Shown piece by piece: positions 18,134-28,913 of a stretch of DNA of 64,000 nucleotides. The translations under genes were made by a program, and so were the position numbers. Under the pieces are notes generated by a model. That model searched no databases, was not told the origin of the DNA, and saw nothing but the letters and a program-made list of their open reading frames with translations. How positions within the stretch are numbered: the stretch's first letter is position 1; each line of letters opens with the position of its first letter. This DNA comes from Candidatus Delongbacteria bacterium (GTDB lineage: Bacteria > UBA4055), in assembly GCA_016938275.1 (NCBI GenBank), contig JAFGUZ010000204.1, forward strand, positions 9,820-73,819, in the 5' to 3' direction.

Positions 18134-18442
18134 TTACAAAGACTTACTGCAAGCTTTGCAATATCTTGTAACACTGCCGTCTTCATCACGTTTTTTACCG
18201 ATTCTAGCCGCTTTACCGCAACTAGGACAAACAACCATTACATTTGAAACGTGTATAGGCATCTCTTTTTCGACAATCCCACCTGTCTGATTGAACTGAT
18301 TTGGCTTAACATGCTTCTTTGCAATATTAACACCCTCAACAACAACTTTGTTTTTTTCTTTCAGTACAAGTCTTACAACGCCTTCTTTACCCGCATGGTT
18401 GCCCGTAATCACTCTTACTTTGTCGTTTTTAACTACTTTCAT
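18134..18442 (-). CDS. rplX: 50S ribosomal protein L24 (KOW domain; C-terminal CxxC...CxxC)
   Basis: KNDKVRVITGNHAGKEGVV...PIHVSNVMVVCPSCGKAARIGKKRDEDGSVTRYCKACSKSL. Confidence 0.95.
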   Translation of the reverse strand: MKVVKNDKVRVITGNHAGKEGVVRLVLKEKNKVVVEGVNIAKKHVKPNQFNQTGGIVEKEMPIHVSNVMVVCPSCGKAARIGKKRDEDGSVTRYCKACSKSL

Positions 18443-18462
18443 TGCACCAAATCCTGTTTACA

Positions 18463-18831
18463 TTATAATACTTCTGGTGCCAGAGACACAATTTTCATAT
18501 AATTCTTGTCTCTAAGCTCTCTGGCTACAGGACCGAATATCCTAGATCCTTTGACTTCACCTTTAGCATCAAGGATCACGGCAGCGTTTTGATCAAATCT
18601 AATATAAGATCCGTCTGCCCTTCTTAGTTCTTTTGCAGTTCTTACCACTACAGCCTTAACAACTTCGCCCTTTTTAACAGATCCGCCTGTTACAGCGGAT
18701 TTAACTGCACATACAATTACATCTCCAATTCCGGCATATCTTTTTTTAGATCCACCTAGAACTCGGAAACACATCATAGTTTTGGCTCCTGTGTTGTCGG
18801 CTACTGTAAGAATTGTTCCTTCTTGAATCAT
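18463..18831 (-). CDS. rplN: 50S ribosomal protein L14
   Basis: [17 protein letters not shown]...[25 protein letters not shown]. Confidence 0.95.
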   Translation of the reverse strand: MIQEGTILTVADNTGAKTMMCFRVLGGSKKRYAGIGDVIVCAVKSAVTGGSVKKGEVVKAVVVRTAKELRRADGSYIRFDQNAAVILDAKGEVKGSRIFGPVARELRDKNYMKIVSLAPEVL

Positions 18832-18846
18832 CGCTCGACCCTAAGT

Positions 18847-19104
18847 TTATTTTTTACGCTCAACTACTTCAACAAGACGCCAAGTTTTTGTCTTACTGAA
18901 TTTTTTCGTTTCCATAACTTTGACCTTGTCACCCTCATTACAAGTGTTTTCTGCATCATGAGCATGAAGTTTTTTAGACTGTTTGTAGTACTTCTTATAG
19001 ATAGGATGTTTTACCATCCTTTCTACAAGAACTGTTATAGTCTTATCCTGCTTATCGCTTACCACTATTCCGACACGGGTCTTTTTTAAGTTCTTTCTTT
19101 CCAT
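18847..19104 (-). CDS. rpsQ: 30S ribosomal protein S17
   Basis: [28 protein letters not shown]. Confidence 0.95.
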   Translation of the reverse strand: MERKNLKKTRVGIVVSDKQDKTITVLVERMVKHPIYKKYYKQSKKLHAHDAENTCNEGDKVKVMETKKFSKTKTWRLVEVVERKK

Positions 19105-19168
19105 TAAGTACTCCCTGTATTCAGAATTTCTGAATATAATACAATTATTTTAAAATTGCTAATTTATT

Positions 19169-19363
19169 TTATACTCTTTCACCCTTCTGTGTCAATACTG
19201 TCTTTATTCTGGCAATATCTCTTCTCAAATTTCTAATAGAAAGTGGGTTTTCAAGTTGTTTCAGAGAGTGCTTGAATTTCAGATCGTTTAAATCATTTTC
19301 TGATTCAATTAACTTGGCTTTAAGCTCTTCTACACTTAGTTCCATAATTTCACTAATTTTCAT
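19169..19363 (-). CDS. rpmC: 50S ribosomal protein L29
   Basis: 64 aa; [32 protein letters not shown]. Confidence 0.9.
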   Translation of the reverse strand: MKISEIMELSVEELKAKLIESENDLNDLKFKHSLKQLENPLSIRNLRRDIARIKTVLTQKGERV

Positions 19364-19365
19364 TC

Positions 19366-19785
19366 CTATTCTCCATACTCGTTTCTACTACAGAATTTGG
19401 TTTTGATAGGAAGCTTGTTTGATGCTAGTGTAAGAGCCTTCCTAGCTACATCTTCTCCGACACCTTGTACTTCAAAAAGAATCTTACCTGGTTTAATAAC
19501 TGCTACCCAGTATTCCGGAGCTCCCTTACCTTTACCCATCCTAGTTTCAGCTGGTTTCTTTGTGATTGGTTTATCCGGGAATATTCTAATCCAAAGCTTA
19601 CCACCCCTTTTCATGGTTCTGGTAATTGCGATCCTGGCAGCCTCTATCTGTCTTGAAGTAATCCAGGCGTGATCCAAAGATTTCAGACCGAAATCACCAA
19701 AATCTATAGTGCTTCCTCTGTAAGCAAATCCTCTTTGAACGTTCTTTTGAACTTTTCTTCTTTTAACTTTTTTTGGCATTAACAT
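19366..19785 (-). CDS. rplP: 50S ribosomal protein L16
   Basis: [13 protein letters not shown]...[24 protein letters not shown]. Confidence 0.95.
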   Translation of the reverse strand: MLMPKKVKRRKVQKNVQRGFAYRGSTIDFGDFGLKSLDHAWITSRQIEAARIAITRTMKRGGKLWIRIFPDKPITKKPAETRMGKGKGAPEYWVAVIKPGKILFEVQGVGEDVARKALTLASNKLPIKTKFCSRNEYGE

Positions 19786-19807
19786 ATCGAATCATCTCCA
19801 AGACAAA

Positions 19808-20446
19808 TTATTTTTTCAGGTAAGTAAATTTTTCGCCTTTACAGATCCAGACTTTAACACCGATTCTGCCGTATGGTGTATGAGCTTCACAATTAGCATA
19901 GTCTATATCAGATCTTAGGGTATGAAGAGGTACTCTACCTTTACTGTATCCCTCTACCCTAGCCATATCAGCTCCACCAAGTCTACCACTACAAGAAATT
20001 TTAATACCTTGAGCGTTTGACTTTAATGCTGAATCCATGGCTTTTTTCATGGCTCTTCTAAAATTTACCCTTTTTTCTAGCATTCTTGCTATTCCTTCTG
20101 CAACAAGATATGCATCTAGTTCTGGTCTTTTAATCTCATTGATATAGATCTTGATATTTTGATTGAAAACCATTTTTAATTCTTCTTTGATTTTCTCAAT
20201 CTCAAGTCCTTTACGACCAATGATTATACCAGGCTTAGCTGTATGTATAGAAACGATAAGTTCCTTTGGCTTTCTTTCGATACCTATTTTTGAAATCGCA
20301 GCATCTTGAAGTCTTGTTCTAAGGAACTTTCTAATTTTTAAATCTTCCTCTAATTTCTCAGCATAATTTTTTTCATCAAACCAGAGGGAGTTCCATGTTT
20401 TGTTTACACCTATTCTGATTCCGATAGGATTAACTTTTTGACCCAA
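19808..20446 (-). CDS. rpsC: 30S ribosomal protein S3
   Basis: MGQKVNPIGIRIGVNKTWNSLWF; KH domain. Confidence 0.95.
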   Translation of the reverse strand: MGQKVNPIGIRIGVNKTWNSLWFDEKNYAEKLEEDLKIRKFLRTRLQDAAISKIGIERKPKELIVSIHTAKPGIIIGRKGLEIEKIKEELKMVFNQNIKIYINEIKRPELDAYLVAEGIARMLEKRVNFRRAMKKAMDSALKSNAQGIKISCSGRLGGADMARVEGYSKGRVPLHTLRSDIDYANCEAHTPYGRIGVKVWICKGEKFTYLKK

Positions 20447-20458
20447 CGTAGTCCTCCG

Positions 20459-20803
20459 TTAGTTTTTAGTTGCTACTTCTATAAAAAGATGACTGGATCT
20501 TTTTCTGATTTTTGTAGCTCTTCCTTGAGCTCTTGGCATGATCCTTTTCATAGTAGGACCTTCATCTGCAAACAATCTAGAGATATAAACATCATTTGTA
20601 TCGATATTAGCATCTCTGTTTTTGTCTATAAGATTTGCTACTGCTGACTTTAAAGTTTTCTCTACTGATCTAGCTGCATAATTTGGCGTAAACTTCAAAA
20701 TGCTCAGTGCTGATTCCACATCTCTATTTCTTACAAGATCTAGAACAAGACGAACTTTATTCACAGGATAGCCAATCCATCTTGCTTTAGCAAATGCTTT
20801 CAT
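20459..20803 (-). CDS. rplV: 50S ribosomal protein L22
   Basis: 114 aa; KVRLVLDLVRNRDVESALSILKFTP...RAQGRATKIRKRSSHL. Confidence 0.95.
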   Translation of the reverse strand: MKAFAKARWIGYPVNKVRLVLDLVRNRDVESALSILKFTPNYAARSVEKTLKSAVANLIDKNRDANIDTNDVYISRLFADEGPTMKRIMPRAQGRATKIRKRSSHLFIEVATKN

Positions 20804-20811
20804 TGTAACCT

Positions 20812-21099
20812 CTATTTTTTCTTTGAAGCTTTCTCACTTTTCTTGTCCACATGACCTCTGTAGGTCCTAGTAAGAGAAAATTCACCAAGCTTGTGACCTA
20901 CATGATTTTCTGTAATGTAGACAGGAATAAAGTGCTTTCCATTATGCACAGATATTGTATGACCGATGAATTCAGGAAAGATAGTTGATCTTCTAGACCA
21001 AGTCTTGATAACTTCTTTCTTTTTTGTTTCATTAAGTTTTTCAACTTTATTAAACAAATGCTCATCGACAAATGGACCTTTTTTAACTGATCTTGGCAT
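20812..21099 (-). CDS. rpsS: 30S ribosomal protein S19
   Basis: [15 protein letters not shown]...[27 protein letters not shown]. Confidence 0.95.
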   Translation of the reverse strand: MPRSVKKGPFVDEHLFNKVEKLNETKKKEVIKTWSRRSTIFPEFIGHTISVHNGKHFIPVYITENHVGHKLGEFSLTRTYRGHVDKKSEKASKKK

Positions 21100-21111
21100 T
21101 CTGTCCTCTCA

Positions 21112-21939
21112 CTATTTTCTTCTGTCTTTGATAATGTACTTATTAGTAGTTTTACTTTTGCTTCTAGTTTTGTAACCTTTAGCTAAAGTACCCCAAGGAG
21201 ATCTAGGATGTTTACCACCACAAGTTCTACCTTCACCACCACCATGAGGGTGATCAACAGGGTTCATCGCAGCACCCCTTACGGTTGGTCTAACACCTAA
21301 CCATCTTTTTCTACCGGCTTTACCGAAAACTATGTTCATGTTATCGATATTACCAATTTGACCAAGTGTTGCGTAACACTCTTTGTGTACAAGTCTTACT
21401 TCACCAGAAGGTAGTTTAACATGACAGTAATCACCGTCTTTAGCAGTAAGAACAGCGTATGCACCAGCAGATCTCACTAATTGTCCACCTTTTTTGATTT
21501 TAAGCTCAATATTGTGGATCATCTGTCCTACAGGAATGGCTTTTAGAGGCATTGCGTTTCCGCTTCTGATCTCTACTTCTTCGCCAGAAACAAGTACATC
21601 ACCAACTTTTAATCCATTAGGTGCTAGAATATATCTTTTTTCTCCATCTCTATAATGAAGAAGAGCAATTCTTGCTGTTCTGTTTGGATCGTACTCAATT
21701 GCAGCAACAGTAGCTGGGATATTCTCTTTATCTCTTTTAAAATCTATAATACGATAAGCTCTTTTGTGCCCGCCACCGATATGTCTGGTAGTTATCCTTC
21801 CAAGGTTATTTCTACCACCAGTTTTCTTCTTTTTCGCAAGAAGAGACTTTTCCGGTTTACTTTTTGTAATTTCAGCAAAGTCTGCAACTGTCATGTGTCT
21901 TCTACTTGGCGTATATGGCTTAAACTTTCTTATTGGCAT
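21112..21939 (-). CDS. rplB: 50S ribosomal protein L2
   Basis: 275 aa; [13 protein letters not shown]...[14 protein letters not shown]. Confidence 0.95.
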   Translation of the reverse strand: MPIRKFKPYTPSRRHMTVADFAEITKSKPEKSLLAKKKKTGGRNNLGRITTRHIGGGHKRAYRIIDFKRDKENIPATVAAIEYDPNRTARIALLHYRDGEKRYILAPNGLKVGDVLVSGEEVEIRSGNAMPLKAIPVGQMIHNIELKIKKGGQLVRSAGAYAVLTAKDGDYCHVKLPSGEVRLVHKECYATLGQIGNIDNMNIVFGKAGRKRWLGVRPTVRGAAMNPVDHPHGGGEGRTCGGKHPRSPWGTLAKGYKTRSKSKTTNKYIIKDRRK

Positions 21940-21970
21940 GTGTTTTCTCCATCAAAATCCAATTTCTACA

Positions 21971-22249
21971 TTACTCGTCAAAGAATTCGATTTTTTGACC
22001 TTCTTTAACAGTTACAACAGCTTTTTTATAGGCGCTCTTTCTGCCAATAAATCTACCAACTCTTTTGTACTTCCCAAGGAAATTCATTGTATTAACATCT
22101 GTTACATTAACATTGAATTTACTTTCAACAGCTTTGCAGATTTCAATCTTATTAGCATCTTTAGCAACGATAAAAGTATACTTATTTTCCTTGGATTGAA
22201 GTCCGATGCCTTTTTCAGTAAGCACAGGTTTTTTTAGAATTAACTTCAT
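21971..22249 (-). CDS. rplW: 50S ribosomal protein L23
   Basis: 92 aa; ILKKPVLTEKG...KYTFIV..ANKIEICKAVE. Confidence 0.9.
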   Translation of the reverse strand: MKLILKKPVLTEKGIGLQSKENKYTFIVAKDANKIEICKAVESKFNVNVTDVNTMNFLGKYKRVGRFIGRKSAYKKAVVTVKEGQKIEFFDE

Positions 22250-22250
22250 C

Positions 22251-22910
22251 TTACTTATTCACCTTATCAATTGTTTGTAATGCATCTTTTTGAATAACAA
22301 GGTAATCAGAATTTACTATTTCATAAGTAGAAACTGTATCTGCAACTTGGTACTTAACATTTTTTATGTTTCTGCAAGATTTCAGAATATTAACAGCCCT
22401 GTTATATTTTTCATCGCTGTCCAGATAGCTATAAGAGTCAACAAGAATAAGTACTTTTTTTCCTAAAACTTCCATACCTTTTAAAACTTCAATAAATTTT
22501 GCAGTTTTTGGTACATCAATATCAAAATTATCAAATACTCTAATCGCTGTACTCATGGCTTTATCAGAATAAGCCGATTTCCTGGCAGCTATTTTCTCCT
22601 TCTTATTCATCTTAAGGAAGTAATCTCTAACTTTCGGACCGAAAGTCTTACCACCACCTACAAGAACAGGAGATTTTATATTTCCTCTTCTGGCTCCACC
22701 AGTTCCTTTTTGCTTGAAAAGCTTTTTAGTTGAACCTGTAACCTCAGATCTGCTTTTACATTTTGCATTGCCTTCTCTTTTGTTGGCAAGGTAAGTTACA
22801 ACTGCTTTATGAATAAGGTGTTTTTTAGGCTCGAAACCAAAAACAGCGGGATTTAGTTCCAGTTCACCAGTAATTTTACCCTGGATATCATAAACTGCTA
22901 CTTTTTCCAT
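22251..22910 (-). CDS. rplD: 50S ribosomal protein L4
   Basis: 219 aa; KQKGTGGARRGNIKSPVLVGGGKTFGP. Confidence 0.95.
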   Translation of the reverse strand: MEKVAVYDIQGKITGELELNPAVFGFEPKKHLIHKAVVTYLANKREGNAKCKSRSEVTGSTKKLFKQKGTGGARRGNIKSPVLVGGGKTFGPKVRDYFLKMNKKEKIAARKSAYSDKAMSTAIRVFDNFDIDVPKTAKFIEVLKGMEVLGKKVLILVDSYSYLDSDEKYNRAVNILKSCRNIKNVKYQVADTVSTYEIVNSDYLVIQKDALQTIDKVNK

Positions 22911-22913
22911 CTA

Positions 22914-23540
22914 CTACACCTCCGCCTTTCTAATTGTAAGGATACCGTTCTTACCGCCTGGTACAGAACCCTTAACAAAAAGAATGTTTCTTTCATTGTC
23001 AACTTTCAGAACTTCAAGGTTTTTAACAGTCTTCTTGTCATTACCCATTCTTCCAGCCATTTTTTTACCTTTCCAAACCCTTGATGGCCAAGTACACATA
23101 CCGATAGATCCTGGACCTCTGTGAGATTCATGAGTACCATGGCTGTTCCCTTGAAGGTGGAATCCCCATCTTTTAACAACACCTTGGAAACCTTTACCTT
23201 TTGAAACACCAGTAACTGTTACCTCATCACCTTGTTGAAAAATGCTTACATCAAAAACTGTTCCAACTTCAATTTTACTAGCTCCGTCAAATCTGAACTC
23301 TTTAAGAACATACTTTGGAGCTACATTAGCTTTTCTAAAATGACCTAAAAGAGGCTTAGAAACTCTTTGCTCTTTTTTATCCATGAAACCAATTTGTACG
23401 GCTTCATACTTGTCATTTTCAATTGTTTTTACCTGCACAACTGAGCAGGGACCAACTTCTATTACTGTCACAGCGAATTCTCTTCCTGTAGGACCAAAGT
23501 AGCTAGTCATTCCAATTTTTTTTCCGATAATTCCGTGCAT
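22914..23540 (-). CDS. rplC: 50S ribosomal protein L3
   Basis: MHGIIGKKIGMTSYF...SKGKGFQGVVKRWGF. Confidence 0.95.
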   Translation of the reverse strand: MHGIIGKKIGMTSYFGPTGREFAVTVIEVGPCSVVQVKTIENDKYEAVQIGFMDKKEQRVSKPLLGHFRKANVAPKYVLKEFRFDGASKIEVGTVFDVSIFQQGDEVTVTGVSKGKGFQGVVKRWGFHLQGNSHGTHESHRGPGSIGMCTWPSRVWKGKKMAGRMGNDKKTVKNLEVLKVDNERNILFVKGSVPGGKNGILTIRKAEV

Positions 23541-23549
23541 TATCTTTTC

Positions 23550-23858
23550 CTATACTTTTACTTCGATACTTACACCAGCGGGAAGCTCTAAGCTAGTTAA
23601 AGCGTCCATAGTTTTTTGACTTGAATTAAGAATTTCAATCAATCTTTTGTAAACTCTTTTTTCAAACTGCTCTCTAGATTTCTTATCAGCGAAAACTGAT
23701 CTTAACACAGTATAAATAGTTCTCTTAGTAGGCAGAGGAACAGGTCCGGATACTACCGCACCTGTTTCTTTTGCTTTTCTGATAATTTTTTGAGCAGAGA
23801 TGTCGATCAAATTATAATCATAAGATTTTAGTTTAATCTTTAATTTTTGACCTGCCAT
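23550..23858 (-). CDS. rpsJ: 30S ribosomal protein S10
   Basis: 102 aa; [15 protein letters not shown]...GPVPLPTK. Confidence 0.95.
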   Translation of the reverse strand: MAGQKLKIKLKSYDYNLIDISAQKIIRKAKETGAVVSGPVPLPTKRTIYTVLRSVFADKKSREQFEKRVYKRLIEILNSSQKTMDALTSLELPAGVSIEVKV

Positions 23859-23881
23859 TAAAACCTCTTTCTCACCAATTA

Positions 23882-25072
23882 TTAGTCGTTAATATCTACA
23901 ACAGCACCAGCACCAATTGTTCTACCACCTTCACGAATAGCAAATCTAAGACCTTTTTCCATAGCGATAGGATAAATCAAATCTACGAAAATCTCAGTGT
24001 TATCACCAGGCATGATCATCTCAGTACCTTCTTTTAAGTGGATAGAGCCAGTAACGTCAGTTGTTCTGAAATAGAATTGTGGTCTGTAGTTATCAAAGAA
24101 AGGTTTGTGTCTTCCACCTTCTTTTTCTGTTAGAACATAAACCTCAGCTCTAAATTTACTGTGTGGAGTAACTGAACCTGGTTTACAGATAACCATACCT
24201 CTTTCAATAGCTTTCTTGTCAACACCTCTAAGAAGAAGACCAACGTTATCACCAGCTTGTCCTTCATCAAGAAGCTTTCTAAACATTTCAACACCAGTAC
24301 AAACTGATTTAAGATTTGCACCAAGACCGATGATTTGAACCTCTTCACCAACCTTAACAATACCTCTTTCAATTCTACCAGTCGCAACTGTACCTCTACC
24401 AGTAATAGAGAAAACATCTTCAACAGGCATCAAGAAAGGTTTGTCTTGATCACGGTCAGGAGTAGGAATGTATTCATCAACAGCTTTCATAAGATCAAGA
24501 ATACATTGGATTTTTTCTGGATCTTCTGGGTGTTCAAGAGCGTTTAGTGCAGATCCTCTAACAATAGGTATCTCGTCAGATGGGAATGAGTATTTATCAA
24601 GAAGTTCTTGAATTTCCATTTCAACTAGTTCAAGAAGCTCTTCATCATCTACCATATCAACTTTGTTTAAGAAAACTACCATGTATGGAACGTTAACCTG
24701 TTTAGCAAGAAGAATGTGCTCTTTTGTCTGAGGCATAGGTCCGTCAGAAGCAGATACTACAAGAATAGCTCCATCCATCTGAGCAGCACCAGTAACCATA
24801 TTCTTTACATAGTCAGCGTGACCTGGACAATCTACGTGAGCGTAGTGTCTGTTTAAAGTTTCATATTCAACGTGAGCTGTGGAGATAGTAATACCTCTCT
24901 CTTTTTCTTCTGGTGCTTTATCAATCTCGTCAAAGTTCATTACTTTTGAACCTGTAATTTTACTTAAAACAAGAGTTATAGCAGCTGTAAGAGTTGTTTT
25001 ACCATGATCCACGTGACCGATAGTTCCGATATTTACGTGTGGCTTACTCCTATCGAATTTTTCCTTAGCCAT
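23882..25072 (-). CDS. tuf: Elongation factor Tu
   Basis: 396 aa; [22 protein letters not shown]. Confidence 0.98.
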   Translation of the reverse strand: MAKEKFDRSKPHVNIGTIGHVDHGKTTLTAAITLVLSKITGSKVMNFDEIDKAPEEKERGITISTAHVEYETLNRHYAHVDCPGHADYVKNMVTGAAQMDGAILVVSASDGPMPQTKEHILLAKQVNVPYMVVFLNKVDMVDDEELLELVEMEIQELLDKYSFPSDEIPIVRGSALNALEHPEDPEKIQCILDLMKAVDEYIPTPDRDQDKPFLMPVEDVFSITGRGTVATGRIERGIVKVGEEVQIIGLGANLKSVCTGVEMFRKLLDEGQAGDNVGLLLRGVDKKAIERGMVICKPGSVTPHSKFRAEVYVLTEKEGGRHKPFFDNYRPQFYFRTTDVTGSIHLKEGTEMIMPGDNTEIFVDLIYPIAMEKGLRFAIREGGRTIGAGAVVDIND

Positions 25073-25114
25073 CCTAAATCCTCCAATTATACTTTACAGT
25101 TTAGGAACCCGGGC

Positions 25115-27184
25115 TTATACTCCGATTCCCATACCTTTTAAAATTTTTGTTAGAACATCTTTCGGTACAACACTGTTTTCCTTAAACTGCATGGAATACG
25201 ATGCCCTACCGGAAGAGATAGATCTCAACCTGTCAGTGTAACCAAACATCTCCGACAAAGGTACTAATGCTCTAATTATCTGATAACCTTCTTTAAGTTC
25301 TAGACCTTCAATTCTTCCTCTTCTAGAAGCTAAGTCACCAGTAATACCGCCTACATACATTTCAGGAGTATTTACTTCTACCATCATTACAGGCTCAAGT
25401 AAATCAGTTTTAGCTTTAACTAGAGCTTCCTTAACAGCAATTGAGGAACAAATTCTAAAAGCCATTTCTGATGAGTCAACAGGGTGAAAATTTCCATCTA
25501 CTAATTCTACTTCTAGATCTAATATTGGGAATCCAGCTGTTGGACCAGAAGTAATTGCTTCTTTTGCACCATCTGCAACTGCAGGAATATACTCTTTAGG
25601 AATAGCACCACCGACAATTTTGTTAATAAACACAAGACCTTTATTTTTCTCTCCAGGTCTTACATTCATTCTTACATGTGCAAACTGACCTTTACCACCA
25701 GATTGTTTAGCATATTTGTAATCTTCATAAATCTCAGATTTCATCGCTTCTTTATAAGCAACCTGAGGAGCACCAACATTTGCTAATACACCAAACTCTC
25801 TTTTCATTCTGTCAATAATAATATCTAAATGAAGCTCTCCCATTCCAGAAATAATTGTCTGTCCAGTCTCGTCATTGTAACTAACTCTGAAAGTAGGATC
25901 CTCATCTGATAATTTACTTAACGCCAATGAAAGTTTATCCATATCGGCTTTTGATTTTGGCTCTACAGCAATATGAACAACTGGCTCTGGAAATTCCATG
26001 TTTTCAAAAACAACAGGATGATCCATATCACAAAGAGTATCTCCAGTTCTGGTGTTTTTTAGACCTATAACAGCAATGATATCGCCGGCTTCACAGAAAT
26101 CTTTATCTTCTCTTTTATTGGAAAACATCTGTACTATACGACCAATTCTCTCTCTTTTTCCACTTGTAGCATTCAAAACAGCTTTTCCGGCTTCTGCTCG
26201 TCCAGAATAAACCCTTAAGTAAATCAATTTACCAATATAAGGATCTGTCATAATTTTAAATGCATAAGCTGAAAATTTCTCATCAATTGAGTTTGCTCTT
26301 TCAATCTCATCTTTAGTATCAGGGTCATAACCCTTTTGAGCTGGAGCATCACATGGAGATGGAAGATAATCAAGAACTCCATCAAGAAGACTCTGAACAC
26401 CTTTGTTTTTGAAAGAAGAACCACAAAATACTGGAAGTATCTTCATATCTATTGTAGCCTTACGGATCGCTGATTTTATCTTTTCAACAGAAATCTCTTC
26501 GCCTTCGATAAAAAGTTCCATTAGCTCATCGTCATAATCTGAAATTGATTCAAGCATTATTTCACGATACTCTTTAACCTTTTCCATCATATCAACAGGA
26601 ATATCAATCTCTTCAAAGATTAGACCGTCATCCTGATTATACATTCTGGCTTTCATTCTGATTAGATCAATAATACCACTAAACATTTCACCAACTCCTA
26701 CAGGTATCTGTACTGGTACTGGTGTAGCTTTTAGCCTTTCTCTGATCATTTTTAATACATTATAAAAATCAGCTCCGGTTCTATCCATTTTATTGACAAA
26801 TGCAACCCTAGGAACCTTGTATTTATTTGCCTGTCTCCAAACTGTTTCAGATTGAGGTTCTACGCCGCCAACTGCACAGAACAATGCTATCGCACCATCC
26901 AAAACCCTTAAAGATCTTTCAACCTCGACAGTAAAATCAACGTGACCAGGAGTGTCAATTAAATTTACAGAATAGCCTTTCCAATCAAACCTAGTGGATG
27001 CAGAAGTAATCGTAATTCCTCTTTCCTGCTCCTGTTCCATCCAGTCCATTGTGGCAGTACCTTCATGAACCTCACCCATACGATGAAGTTTTCCGGTGTA
27101 AAACAGAATTCTTTCTGTAGTGGTAGTCTTTCCGGCATCAATATGTGCCATAATACCAATATTTCTTGTCTTATCTAAACTCAT
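25115..27184 (-). CDS. fusA: Elongation factor G
   Basis: 689 aa; [24 protein letters not shown]. Confidence 0.98.
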   Translation of the reverse strand: MSLDKTRNIGIMAHIDAGKTTTTERILFYTGKLHRMGEVHEGTATMDWMEQEQERGITITSASTRFDWKGYSVNLIDTPGHVDFTVEVERSLRVLDGAIALFCAVGGVEPQSETVWRQANKYKVPRVAFVNKMDRTGADFYNVLKMIRERLKATPVPVQIPVGVGEMFSGIIDLIRMKARMYNQDDGLIFEEIDIPVDMMEKVKEYREIMLESISDYDDELMELFIEGEEISVEKIKSAIRKATIDMKILPVFCGSSFKNKGVQSLLDGVLDYLPSPCDAPAQKGYDPDTKDEIERANSIDEKFSAYAFKIMTDPYIGKLIYLRVYSGRAEAGKAVLNATSGKRERIGRIVQMFSNKREDKDFCEAGDIIAVIGLKNTRTGDTLCDMDHPVVFENMEFPEPVVHIAVEPKSKADMDKLSLALSKLSDEDPTFRVSYNDETGQTIISGMGELHLDIIIDRMKREFGVLANVGAPQVAYKEAMKSEIYEDYKYAKQSGGKGQFAHVRMNVRPGEKNKGLVFINKIVGGAIPKEYIPAVADGAKEAITSGPTAGFPILDLEVELVDGNFHPVDSSEMAFRICSSIAVKEALVKAKTDLLEPVMMVEVNTPEMYVGGITGDLASRRGRIEGLELKEGYQIIRALVPLSEMFGYTDRLRSISSGRASYSMQFKENSVVPKDVLTKILKGMGIGV

Positions 27185-27190
27185 ACACCT

Positions 27191-27664
27191 CTACCATTTA
27201 AAGTGAGCGAATGCCTTGTTGGCCTCAGCCATCTTATGCATATCCTCTTTTTTCTTAACTGAAGCACCTTCATTTTTGAAAGCAGCTAAAAGCTCTGCAG
27301 CAAGCTTATCAGACATTTTATTACCACTTCTTTTTCTAGAGTTAGTAATAATCCATCTGATAGCAAGGGCTTCTTTTCTATCCTGTCTAATTTCCACAGG
27401 AACCTGATAATTGGATCCACCAATTCTTCTTGATTTTACCTCAAGGGTAGGCTTAACATTATCTACCGCAGCTCTGAATAGCTCGTTACCCTTTTTACCT
27501 TTTTCTTTTGATTCCATAATGGCTAAAGCATCATAAAAAATTCTTTCAGAAATTGATTTTTTCCCATCAACCATCATAGTGTTAATGAACTTAGCAATCA
27601 AAAGATCCTTGTAAACTGGATCTGGTAGAATAGTCCTTTTAATAGCCTTTGATCTTCTTGACAT
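27191..27664 (-). CDS. rpsG: 30S ribosomal protein S7
   Basis: [18 protein letters not shown]...[11 protein letters not shown]. Confidence 0.95.
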   Translation of the reverse strand: MSRRSKAIKRTILPDPVYKDLLIAKFINTMMVDGKKSISERIFYDALAIMESKEKGKKGNELFRAAVDNVKPTLEVKSRRIGGSNYQVPVEIRQDRKEALAIRWIITNSRKRSGNKMSDKLAAELLAAFKNEGASVKKKEDMHKMAEANKAFAHFKW

Positions 27665-27689
27665 TAAACAATCCTCATCAATTTAATTT

Positions 27690-28064
27690 TTAGGCCTTTG
27701 GTCTCTTAGCACCGTACTTAGATCTACCCTGTTTTCTTCCTTCAACGCCGGAAGTATCCTGAGTACCTCTGATAATGTGATATCTAACACCTGGTAAATC
27801 CTTAACCCTTCCACCTCTGATAAGAACTACAGAGTGTTCCTGAAGATTATGGCCTTCACCTGGAATATAGGCAGTAACTTCCATTGAATTTGAAAGTCTC
27901 ACCCTTGCGATTTTTCTAAGAGCCGAGTTAGGCTTCTTAGGTGTTGTAGTAGTAATTTTTGTACAAACCCCTCTTTTTTGTGGGCATGCCTGAAGTGCAG
28001 GTGATTTGGTTTTAACCTTTTCAACTGCTCTTCCTAATCTTACTAGCTGATTCACTGTTGGCAT
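27690..28064 (-). CDS. rpsL: 30S ribosomal protein S12
   Basis: MPTVNQLVR...[10 protein letters not shown]...[13 protein letters not shown]. Confidence 0.98.
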   Translation of the reverse strand: MPTVNQLVRLGRAVEKVKTKSPALQACPQKRGVCTKITTTTPKKPNSALRKIARVRLSNSMEVTAYIPGEGHNLQEHSVVLIRGGRVKDLPGVRYHIIRGTQDTSGVEGRKQGRSKYGAKRPKA

Positions 28065-28304
28065 TACAATTTCTCCGTATAATATTGTATCTTAACTAGT
28101 CATCTTTTTATTTATCGAATATTACGAATAATACCGATTCTATCATTTTAGCATGCAGCCCATCCGTCTGCAAACTATGATGCGAATTGAGAAGATAATA
28201 AATGACAATGTAAATGTCAATTTTTTTTTATTTATAAAAAGCGAAATAAACATTATATTTTGTACAGGCAAGAGAAACTCTGATAATTGAAACACGGAGA
28301 GTTA

Positions 28305-28841
28305 ATGATTGATGGAAATTGTATTTTTTTAGGAGAGAATCTTTCAGGCAAAACTCAATTTTTAGATACTACCTACAAACAATTCTCTCAGAGAGAGAAA
28401 GCGATCATTCGTTCAGCCCCAGTTTTCTTTTATAGCAAAGTTCAAGATGAACTTTTTTTCAATAATTCCAAGTATGAAAATAATGTATCTCAGATACTGG
28501 AGATTTCTAATATAAGCACAAGTCAAGAATGTTATTCTCTATCTGGGGGAGAAAAGCAGATTTTAAATTTGTGTTGTCATATTGCTTCTGGGTCAAAATA
28601 CCTTTTTATCGATGACAACATGGACATGGTCAACAATAAAATAAAGAATAAGATATACAGCTTGATAATTACTTTTGGTGTAAAACTCTTTTCAACTTCT
28701 ACTTACATTCAGATTAATGGCTTTGTATTCGATAGCTACTACTTAATAAAAAATTCTAAAATTATAGAAAAACTGCATTTCAATGAGATAGAGAACAATT
28801 TTGATGTCTTTCTTGAAAATAATATTGGTTTGATTTGGTGA
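28305..28841 (+). CDS. Short orphan ABC-ATPase-like protein (degenerate; no partner permease nearby)
   Basis: Walker A-like GENLSGKT, signature LSGGEKQ, and Walker B-like YLFIDDN with no catalytic Glu. No H-loop is recognisable. I prefer the ATG at 28305, preceded by GGAGA, over the TTG at 28287. Confidence 0.45.
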   Translation: MIDGNCIFLGENLSGKTQFLDTTYKQFSQREKAIIRSAPVFFYSKVQDELFFNNSKYENNVSQILEISNISTSQECYSLSGGEKQILNLCCHIASGSKYLFIDDNMDMVNNKIKNKIYSLIITFGVKLFSTSTYIQINGFVFDSYYLIKNSKIIEKLHFNEIENNFDVFLENNIGLIW

Positions 28842-28913
28842 TTATGTTAAATTTAGTTAAATATTGTTTTTTGTATATCTTCAAAGATTACTTGATTAAA
28901 AAATGAGGTTAAA

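Noticed and set aside
9311-28064. Many listed ORFs overlapping the ribosomal/EF genes: 9311..9619, 9720..9974, 10062..10310, 11591..11779, 11917..12165, 13269..13454, 15761..15994, 17414..17813, 18048..18502, 18823..19089, 19397..19672, 20438..20647, 20966..21175, 21655..22237, 23006..23209, 24130..24547, 26965..27159 and 27216..27407.
   Set aside because: All lie inside or antisense to unmistakable, tightly packed translation genes. None has a recognisable family or RBS.
28192-28220. Possible sigma-70-type promoter for rpsL on the minus strand (TTGACA at rc 28215-28220, 17-nt spacer, TATCTT).
   Set aside because: The -10 hexamer is weak. I do not know the promoter consensus of this lineage. 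It is plausible but not supportable as a feature.
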